IMG/VR virus record: IMGVR_UViG_3300036852_000195
Span: 1-58,838 of that record
Length of the DNA: 58,838 nt
Source: a virus
Reading direction: 5' to 3' (one strand)
Shown here piece after piece: positions 52,302-58,838 of this stretch. Positions within the stretch are counted from its first letter, which is position 1; every line of letters starts with the position of its first letter. A program made the position numbers and the translations under genes. The notes beneath the pieces were generated by a model that was not told where the DNA came from, did not search any database, and was given only the letters and a program-made list of their open reading frames with translations.

Positions 52302-53636
52302 TTGGAAACTTCAAGACCCTGGAATGGCACGGTTACAGGTGATGCCGGACCATATTCCGACGCCCAATGGCAAAAACTGTATCAGGCCATTATTGGCTAC
52401 GGCGCAGGCCGCGCCAACAACGGCGTATTCCTAATGAGTGGCACGGCGCCCAATGACGGCTTGAAGGTTCAGGCGCAGGCCGGACCCACAACGTCGGTTG
52501 ATGTGTTGGCAGGCGCAGCACTGATACAGGGGATTGCTTATCTAAGTGATGCCACCGTAGCCTTCACGATTGCCGCCAACGCATCGGGTAATCCGCGCAT
52601 TGACACGGTGATTGTGCGGGCGGATTATGCCCTGCAAACCGTTCGCTTGGCCGTGCTGCAAGGGACAGCCGCCGCGTCCCCGGTTGCGCCGACGCTCACC
52701 CAAAGCGCTGCTGTGATGTGGGAAATCCCCATTGCCGATATTGCCGTCGCCAACGGGTTTACCAGCATCGCCAATACTGCGATCACCCAACGCCAGGAGT
52801 GGGTAAACGCGCCACCTGGGATATTCCTGGATGGTGTTCTCAACAATTCGGCTATCACGCTCAATACGGGTGACGTGGTGATTGTAGACACGTCCGCAGA
52901 TCGGGCGGCGACAACCACCACCACCCGCGACAATAAACGTGTGTTGGGTATCTGGCAGGGCAAAACAGCCGCAGCCGGAACGGGACGAGTCTTAAAAGCG
53001 GGCATTGGCTATGTCCGTACTGATGCCGCCGTCACGCGCGGCGATCTGCTCACGACCAGCACAACCGCAGGCGCAGCCACAACTAACGCCCTGCCGACGC
53101 TGAACGGCGTTTTAGGTCGAACGCTGGAAACCACGTCTGGATCAGGCTTGGCGTTGGCGCTGATCGAACCGCATGTGGTGGCCGATGTTGATTTTGTGGT
53201 AATTCAGGATCAAAAATCCAGTGGTACAGCCGCTCAAACGTTGACCGTGACCACCTGGAATACACGCAATCTGAACACGGAAGTGGTGGATACGGGCAAT
53301 ATAGCGACGGTAGGAACATCGCCTGCCGCCGCCAACCAATTTTCCCTTCTGCGTGGACGCTACACAGTGACAGGTTTTGCAGCCAGCGGCGCGAACCTGA
53401 CCGGACACCGTGTGCGCTTACGCGACATTACCAACGGTGTCACACTGGTATTCGGCAATAATGCGACCAATAACAGTATCGCCCCCATTGCGGGCGAATT
53501 CGAGTTAACCGGAACAACCGTGATCGAACTTCAGCACTATCCTGCAGTGGGCGGCGCAGGCGGTTCGGCTGCAACCACAGGCGAAGTGGAAGTCTATTCG
53601 GAACTGCTCATTACCCGTCACGGCGAAATCCCCTAA
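52302..53636 (+). CDS. Tail fibre / receptor-binding protein, paralog 2
   Basis: TTG start after aggacgg. The N-terminal region is homologous to 49586..50968 and the C-terminus is distinct. Confidence 0.6.
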   Translation: METSRPWNGTVTGDAGPYSDAQWQKLYQAIIGYGAGRANNGVFLMSGTAPNDGLKVQAQAGPTTSVDVLAGAALIQGIAYLSDATVAFTIAANASGNPRIDTVIVRADYALQTVRLAVLQGTAAASPVAPTLTQSAAVMWEIPIADIAVANGFTSIANTAITQRQEWVNAPPGIFLDGVLNNSAITLNTGDVVIVDTSADRAATTTTTRDNKRVLGIWQGKTAAAGTGRVLKAGIGYVRTDAAVTRGDLLTTSTTAGAATTNALPTLNGVLGRTLETTSGSGLALALIEPHVVADVDFVVIQDQKSSGTAAQTLTVTTWNTRNLNTEVVDTGNIATVGTSPAAANQFSLLRGRYTVTGFAASGANLTGHRVRLRDITNGVTLVFGNNATNNSIAPIAGEFELTGTTVIELQHYPAVGGAGGSAATTGEVEVYSELLITRHGEIP

Positions 53637-53672
53637 CGGTTAGCATATTCAAATCGTAGATGTAACATTAAG

Positions 53673-53687
53673 GTGATAAACTATCAC
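53673..53687. promoter_or_regulatory. 15-bp palindrome GTGATAAACTATCAC (candidate operator) upstream of the lysis-region genes
   Basis: Perfect inverted repeat GTGATA-aac-TATCAC in the 53637-53733 intergenic region. Confidence 0.35.
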
Positions 53688-53733
53688 AACGGAAAGATAC
53701 CAGTATTATCTGGAATATTGAGGAAACCTTAAC

Positions 53734-54366
53734 ATGCCAACCCCGTTCGCAACTGCAACCCCATCCCCCGCTGAAGTGGCGCGGGATGTCACTCAGATTA
53801 TGACGGTCTTCAATAGCCTGGGACCCGTAATGGTGATCCTGGGCGCGCTAATTATTGCTTTGATAATTCTGTTGTATAACGCCCGCAATATTGCGGTCAG
53901 TACCAGCGCCACCGTCACGGTCTTAACAGGCACAATTGCTCGCCAGGATGCGGAAATTATTGATCTGAAGATTGACGCGAAAGAATTCCGCAAGCTGCAT
54001 ATCGACAGCCTGACCGCTATCAGCGATCAGGCCACACGCTCTAACGATGTGTTGGACGCCTGGAACAAGCGCGGTTCAGAACGGGATGCCGATCAAAGAT
54101 TGATGGCAGCGGCACTGAATACATTGGTGCAAGACGGTTCAGTGCCGCTGCGCAAACTCATGGCGGATGTGACGAGTATAGCTTCAGTCATCAATCAATT
54201 GGATTTGCGGACGGCGCACTTGCCCGAACTGGCTTTGAGTATTCCCGCCTTGCGTACTGAATTAAATTCTAAATTGGATTCAGTGATGCTTGAAGTAACC
54301 AAGCGATCCACCAAACCCATCCCCCAGATCGAAATGAACGCGAACGGAACAGAACCGGAGCAGTAA
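53734..54366 (+). CDS. Membrane-anchored coiled-coil protein (lysis or tail-associated)
   Basis: One TM segment (VMVILGALIIALIILLY), then a helical region. Confidence 0.4.
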   Translation: MPTPFATATPSPAEVARDVTQIMTVFNSLGPVMVILGALIIALIILLYNARNIAVSTSATVTVLTGTIARQDAEIIDLKIDAKEFRKLHIDSLTAISDQATRSNDVLDAWNKRGSERDADQRLMAAALNTLVQDGSVPLRKLMADVTSIASVINQLDLRTAHLPELALSIPALRTELNSKLDSVMLEVTKRSTKPIPQIEMNANGTEPEQ

Positions 54367-54819
54367 ATGAACCTTGCAGAATTTCTCACCCCGATTGGAT
54401 TGGCGGTGTTGATCCTGGTGATTTTCCGCGAAGGGCAGCGGGATCAAACGGCTGAAAATTTACGCCGTGATGAACGTGAAGCCAACAGGGAACGCCAGCG
54501 CAACCAAGAAAATCGGCAATGGCTAATGATGTTTTCAGCGCTGACGGGCAAACAAATTGAAGTCAAGACGACGGTGGAAAAAGCCGCACATACCAGCGAA
54601 ATGTCCCAGGCGCAGATTATCCAAAGCCTTGAGGAATTTAAGGGGTTGTTCATCATGACGATTGATATGATGATGGAAGACCCGCGCGCCACCTACGAAC
54701 GCATCAAACGGATGCAAGCAGCCTGGGCGGAAGGCGATATGGAAAAAGCGCAGAATGTCGTGGATGAAGCCCAGGCAATTAAGGCTATGCAAGAAGGCAA
54801 GGAGTCTAAACCGCTATGA
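54367..54819 (+). CDS. N-terminally anchored charged coiled-coil protein
   Basis: TM segment (LTPIGLAVLILVIF), then an R/E/Q-rich helix. Confidence 0.4.
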   Translation: MNLAEFLTPIGLAVLILVIFREGQRDQTAENLRRDEREANRERQRNQENRQWLMMFSALTGKQIEVKTTVEKAAHTSEMSQAQIIQSLEEFKGLFIMTIDMMMEDPRATYERIKRMQAAWAEGDMEKAQNVVDEAQAIKAMQEGKESKPL

Positions 54820-56045
54820 AACCCGGTCAAAATCCATGCGGCCTCTTTATTCAAGCCCAGGGCATGGGCGATGGAGAAATGGCAGACACGGTTGAACACG
54901 TTTTCCGCGCCAACTACAGCACAGTTTCAGTATTTAACAACTTCGGCCTATGCACCCGCATCAAGGATCGCGTCCCCGATTGCGATGTGATCTACCGCAG
55001 CACGGGCGGTGAACCATCCCCGTCCAGCGATAACAAAAAATGGATGGCTGATTACATCAAGCAGCAGCCCCAGGACAAGCGTATCCGGTTAATGGTCAAC
55101 TGCGAAAACGGGTTCAGCCCTGACCGCGTAAAAATGGCGATGGACCATATTGACGTAGCCAACAATGAAGGCTGGAAGTTATGCGTCCTGAACACGGGTT
55201 CAGGTACGGTGCGATCCGGCCAACTTAAGGGCGATGGTTCGCATGAGGTCAACGAATGGCTGACCATCGGCGCGCCGCTGCTGAAAAAACTTGCAGAAAA
55301 CCCCGATCAGGGGTTGGGCAATCACAATTACACCAGCGTATTCGCCTGGATAGTGGCTAACGGTACATATACGTTCCAGAAGCACGACCAGCCGCCCGTG
55401 ATTGATTGGAAGCTGGCGCAGTGGCACATGGGGCGCGATCTGCAAGGCATCGCCGCCGCGTGCGATGAACTCAAGATCGGTTTACCGCTGATGTTCATCA
55501 CGGAATGCTGGGTTGATCAGATGAACGATATTCAAAACAATTCGGCTAACCCTTATCATCAATACAAATCCAATCGCTGGCGCGATCTGATTGAACCCTG
55601 GAAAACGTTGTATCCTGGCGTAAATCCTGAAGATATTGTTTCGGGTCAATTTCAATGGGTTTGGGAAAACGTGTTCGCCAAATACGGGCGCGGGCGCGTG
55701 GCCGGGATGCATTTCTTTACCTGGCTATCCACGTCGCTATCCCAGAATGAATGGGCAGGCGATAATGTCGCCAATGCGCCGCAGTATCGCAGGCGTATGG
55801 AAGCCTATCACCCCGCCGTCCCCGTGACGACTCCACCGCAGCAACCACCGACCAATCCGCCCGTCCCCGTTCCGCCTGCGCCGTCTGACCTGTTGGCTTC
55901 ATTGCGATTGGTGCGCGAAGACACCTTACGAGTTGTGAATCGTACCCGTCAGATGAGCTTGGAATTGGCAGCGCTGTCCGATAACCTGTTGAATGACGTG
56001 GCGGTGCTGGACGCGCTGCTCAAGCGTTACGAACCGTCTAAGTAA
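54816..56045 (+). CDS. Possible clan-GH-A-like glycoside hydrolase (endolysin or depolymerase candidate)
   Basis: Candidate catalytic pair contexts are MVNCENGF and MFITECWV. Pro-rich linker plus a C-terminal helix. Weak, by-eye call. Confidence 0.3.
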   Translation: MKPGQNPCGLFIQAQGMGDGEMADTVEHVFRANYSTVSVFNNFGLCTRIKDRVPDCDVIYRSTGGEPSPSSDNKKWMADYIKQQPQDKRIRLMVNCENGFSPDRVKMAMDHIDVANNEGWKLCVLNTGSGTVRSGQLKGDGSHEVNEWLTIGAPLLKKLAENPDQGLGNHNYTSVFAWIVANGTYTFQKHDQPPVIDWKLAQWHMGRDLQGIAAACDELKIGLPLMFITECWVDQMNDIQNNSANPYHQYKSNRWRDLIEPWKTLYPGVNPEDIVSGQFQWVWENVFAKYGRGRVAGMHFFTWLSTSLSQNEWAGDNVANAPQYRRRMEAYHPAVPVTTPPQQPPTNPPVPVPPAPSDLLASLRLVREDTLRVVNRTRQMSLELAALSDNLLNDVAVLDALLKRYEPSK

Positions 56046-56048
56046 CTG

Positions 56049-56057
56049 TGGTATAAT
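56049..56057 (+). promoter_or_regulatory. Extended -10 promoter (TGgTATAAT)
   Basis: aacTGtgGTATAATgctgcaaaagcat, 26 nt upstream of the ATG at 56083. Confidence 0.5.
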
Positions 56058-56082
56058 GCTGCAAAAGCATAAGGAGCCAATC

Positions 56083-56697
56083 ATGAACCGTTCTGGTATT
56101 TTCACGGCATTTGTTATCCTGCTGGTGTTTCTCCTCGCTTCCGTTTTTCTGGGAGCCGTTCTGGTTTCAGCGCAGGATGCAACCGCTGTCTTCCCGACTG
56201 CGGAATCGTTTGAGACTGCAACCGCGCTGGCTGAACCGACCATCACGCCGACACCCGTCATTGTTCAGCCGCCGCCACCTGATCCCGTGACGGAAGAACC
56301 CGGCGATCCGCCTGCGACCACGCCCGAAAATCTTCTGGGGCAATTGTTTTCCCTGCTGAAAGATGCCACGTTTATAGTGTGGGCTGCGGCGGGTGTGATC
56401 GTGATTGTGGGCGCGATTAAAACTGTGCTGGGCGCGATTGGTATTCGAATTGAGGGCAATCTGGCTGTTATTATCACCCTGATTGTTCAAGTGTTGATTT
56501 GGTTGGGTTATACCGTTGCCAATTATGTCGGGCAAGGTGAAACCTTTAAAGCATTTTACCTGCAAGTCGTGGATGTGATTCGCTCACTTCTCCCCCTGTT
56601 CGGTGCAATCTTCCTGGGGCATATTGGTTATCAAGCCGCAGCCGCGCGCAAAATCCCAGTGCTGGGTTATAAAGCACCACCCAAACCCGCGCGTTAA
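56083..56697 (+). CDS. Multi-pass membrane protein (holin-like candidate) with signal-like N-terminus and Pro-rich linker
   Basis: Start at the ATG after aaggagcc. N-terminal hydrophobic helix, a PPPPDPVTEEPGDPP linker, and three or more C-terminal TM helices. Confidence 0.4.
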   Translation: MNRSGIFTAFVILLVFLLASVFLGAVLVSAQDATAVFPTAESFETATALAEPTITPTPVIVQPPPPDPVTEEPGDPPATTPENLLGQLFSLLKDATFIVWAAAGVIVIVGAIKTVLGAIGIRIEGNLAVIITLIVQVLIWLGYTVANYVGQGETFKAFYLQVVDVIRSLLPLFGAIFLGHIGYQAAAARKIPVLGYKAPPKPAR

Positions 56698-56717
56698 ACT
56701 AAATATGTGATGCAATC

Positions 56718-56753
56718 AAAAACCCGCTCACAGTGTTGAGCGGGTTTTTATTT
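56718..56753. terminator. Bidirectional rho-independent terminator between the late arm and the leftward early arm
   Basis: AAAAACCCGCTCAcagtgtTGAGCGGGTTTTTattt. Confidence 0.85.
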
Positions 56754-56785
56754 GCCTACAGACTAGAATGTGATTCTAGCGGTTT

Positions 56786-57439
56786 CTAGTCTTCGTTGGA
56801 AGGATTTATAGGCTCATCTTCATTACGCAGCGCAATAAACCGCTTAATCGTTTCTAGGTCATTGGGTGAAATTTCGTTCAGTTGATCGGGCGTCAGGTTG
56901 TTATAGAACGCCTGGGCATCGTCAATGATCGCGTCCCGGCTGGGCAATGCGCTGTAGTGAGTGAGCGCCAGCATCAGCGAAAACTGAATCAGGTTCATCC
57001 GTTCCCGTCCGTCCTGCGGGAAACCGTCTTCAAGCCATTGCTGCAAGGTGAATTGCGCTGCCAGGGCGACGATTTCCGGTGACAACGCGGCGGCGAAGGT
57101 TGGACTGTATTGGCCGAACGCCTTGCGCATTTTGCCATAGACGGTTTCAAGATCAATGCGATGGTTGCCGTCCTGTTCTACTAGGCCGAATCCAACCTGA
57201 TAGATCGTGAACATTTTCAGCACGATTCCATCCACGAATTCGGTGGGCATCTTGAACAGCAGATCAATGATCGCCAGCGCGGTCAGCAGTGCGGTATTGG
57301 CTGAAATGGCACTGATGCTCAGTCCCAGCGCCGCTGCCAGCAGCCCTGGCAATTCCGACAGCCGTTCCTGCTTGGCGGCTGCCAGGAAGCGCATGAGTTC
57401 GGTCTGGGGATCGCGGTTGGGATTGAATTGATAGTTCAT
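56786..57439 (-). CDS. Hypothetical early protein
   Basis: 217-aa ORF, last gene of the leftward unit before the terminator. Confidence 0.5.
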   Translation of the reverse strand: MNYQFNPNRDPQTELMRFLAAAKQERLSELPGLLAAALGLSISAISANTALLTALAIIDLLFKMPTEFVDGIVLKMFTIYQVGFGLVEQDGNHRIDLETVYGKMRKAFGQYSPTFAAALSPEIVALAAQFTLQQWLEDGFPQDGRERMNLIQFSLMLALTHYSALPSRDAIIDDAQAFYNNLTPDQLNEISPNDLETIKRFIALRNEDEPINPSNED

Positions 57440-57552
57440 CGTGGTTGTACTTTCCGCCCTACAATGGGCTTAAATCGTGTTTAAAGGGGTGCTAGAGCAA
57501 TTTTGACGGGCTGTAGGTGTTTTTATCTATCAGCCCATCCCGGTTTCAGCGC

Positions 57553-57801
57553 TTATTCGTCTTCATTGTCAAAATTGATGTTATTGATGTCCAACTGGTC
57601 TGCGCCCATCCAGTCGTCCGATCCAGCCGCCGCCATATCTTCCAGGGCGTCTTCGTATTGTCCGTCGCTGACGCTGCACAACCATTCGGCGGCGCGTTGG
57701 TCGGTGACGAGCATTTCCACCATATCCCGATCCAGCATGTTATCGCACAATCCGCTGGCATCCACTTCAGCCAGTGCCTTGATTACAAATAAAGGGGTCA
57801 T
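57553..57801 (-). CDS. Small, strongly acidic early protein
   Basis: 82 aa with 21 D/E and 3 K/R by hand count. Ends ...NFDNEDE. Confidence 0.5.
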   Translation of the reverse strand: MTPLFVIKALAEVDASGLCDNMLDRDMVEMLVTDQRAAEWLCSVSDGQYEDALEDMAAAGSDDWMGADQLDINNINFDNEDE

Positions 57802-57831
57802 TTTTCATTCTCCTATTTCTATACTATCGAA

Positions 57832-58059
57832 TTAGACTCGTTCAGTATCGCGCAGTTCGGTTGTCTCTGCTGCTTTCACCGACACAATCCGCTTGACCTG
57901 GGCGGCGCTGATCGTTTCTGTACACCAACCTTTGAACACAGTGAGCGTGTCCCCGTCAATGTTGATCAGTTCCCCATCGGTTTCAATGTCGGGAAAGCCC
58001 GTAGGCTCATACCACACGATACGCGGCGGGAAGGTGAAGATTTGAACCTGACTATTCAC
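57832..58059 (-). CDS. Hypothetical protein
   Basis: GTG start at 58059 overlapping the upstream stop is preferred. The track ORF extends to 58134. Confidence 0.4.
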   Translation of the reverse strand: MNSQVQIFTFPPRIVWYEPTGFPDIETDGELINIDGDTLTVFKGWCTETISAAQVKRIVSVKAAETTELRDTERV

Positions 58060-58321
58060 CGTCTTCCCCCTGCGGAAATTCAGCGCGCAACACATCAATA
58101 ATTTCATACCAAAAAATTGACCCCACATCAGCATTGGTATGCTTCAATGCGTGGGCGGCAATTGTACTGCGTACACGTAACAGCGCGTTAAGCGCGTGCG
58201 CTGGTTGGTCTTCCTGTAATTTTTTGATAGCGTATTCAACTTCAGCAAAAATTACATCTGGTGCTTCTTTTCCTGACATCATTATTGCACCCCCATTTGT
58301 GCGTTGGCTTTTTTCTCGCAA
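58052..58321 (-). CDS. Hypothetical protein
   Basis: 89-aa ORF that overlaps the end of the HNH gene. Confidence 0.45.
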   Translation of the reverse strand: MREKSQRTNGGAIMMSGKEAPDVIFAEVEYAIKKLQEDQPAHALNALLRVRSTIAAHALKHTNADVGSIFWYEIIDVLRAEFPQGEDGE

Positions 58322-58629
58322 AATTTGATCCAGCGGGCTTGCCCCGCCTCACCCTTAAATTGTTTGAGATTCGGGATCGACTTCATGGTCTGGGCGGTAA
58401 TCTCCCCGCCCATTTTCCCCCAGCGGGAGAAATCGCCCTGCTTGCTGTGGTGTGCCGTATGACAACGCTGACAAAGCAGCAGCAGATTATTCGGGTGATC
58501 GGTTCCACCCTGGCAGCGCGGCTTGATATGATGGACGTGACGGGCAACGCGCCCGCAGCCGCATTGACACTTGATGGACTCGCCTGTGATAGCATCTTTG
58601 ATCGGCGGGAAGATTTTTTGAAGGGACAT
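58282..58629 (-). CDS. HNH endonuclease (small)
   Basis: CQCGCGRVARHVHHIKPRCQGGTDHPNNLLLLCQRCHTAHH. Confidence 0.75.
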   Translation of the reverse strand: MSLQKIFPPIKDAITGESIKCQCGCGRVARHVHHIKPRCQGGTDHPNNLLLLCQRCHTAHHSKQGDFSRWGKMGGEITAQTMKSIPNLKQFKGEAGQARWIKFCEKKANAQMGVQ

Positions 58630-58670
58630 GAGTTTGAGCCTCTGTTTTAATTAATTTTGAACCTGAACTA

Positions 58671-58700
58671 AGCATAACATGAAAACTTTTGTTTTGTCAA
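58671..58700 (-). promoter_or_regulatory. Sigma70-like early promoter (TTGACA-18-TATGCT), leftward
   Basis: Minus strand reads ctaTTGACAaaacaaaagttttcatgtTATGCT. It has the same ctaTTGACAa / TATGCT boxes as the 1561-1589 promoter. Confidence 0.6.
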
Positions 58701-58711
58701 TAGCTAAAATA

Positions 58712-58838
58712 AAACTGCCCCAATCGCTCAAATCAGGACAGTTCGCAATTATCGGGTTGGCAGGCTGTTCCACCATTCTAAATCCCTGACATCCCCAGCA
58801 TTCGCGGACATAACAACCGCCTCCGCAATTCCCGGTTT
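58712..58838. repeat. Terminal direct repeat copy B (identical to 1..127)
   Basis: Exact 127-nt match read directly. Confidence 0.95.

Overview
The window is a complete dsDNA tailed-phage genome with siphovirus-like organisation. Bases 1-127 repeat exactly at 58712-58838, so the unique length is 58711 bp and the contig closes into a circle or is terminally redundant.

Layout:
- A leftward early arm on the minus strand runs 5753->38 and continues across the junction into 58629->56786.
- A rightward early/replication arm (5839-22526) carries winged-helix regulators, a J-domain protein, an initiator-like protein with internal iterons, a Toprim-DnaB primase-helicase, and a cluster of nucleotide/DNA-metabolism genes (DUF4031, ASCH, PAPS-reductase-like, MazG-like, DUF5131, ParB-like, HAD phosphatase).
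- A late arm (23815-56697) carries terS, terL, a portal fused to a MuF-like domain, scaffold, capsid, tail tube, chaperone pair, tape measure, tail tip, two paralogous fibres and a putative lysis block.

I saw no integrase, DNA polymerase, CRISPR array or rRNA.

Main observations:
1. A roughly 0.63 kb ORF-poor transcription unit on the minus strand (7556-8223) has a near-consensus promoter and a strong intrinsic terminator. It contains a degenerate tRNA-like cloverleaf, an acceptor/T-arm minihelix ending in CCA, and about 380 nt with long-range complementarity. This is a candidate large structured phage RNA.
2. A 1189-aa methyltransferase-GT1-GT2-GT2 fusion sits directly after the capsid gene.
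3. Nuclease load is very high: 6 HNH, 4 GIY-YIG, 1 LAGLIDADG and 1 Vsr-like gene. Many are packaged as autonomous cassettes with a promoter and a leader hairpin, and two of them share a near-identical leader.
4. Accessory genes include a Flp-pilin-like protein and an out-of-frame overlapping lipoprotein.

All functional calls come from motif recognition by eye and from synteny. No database search was run.
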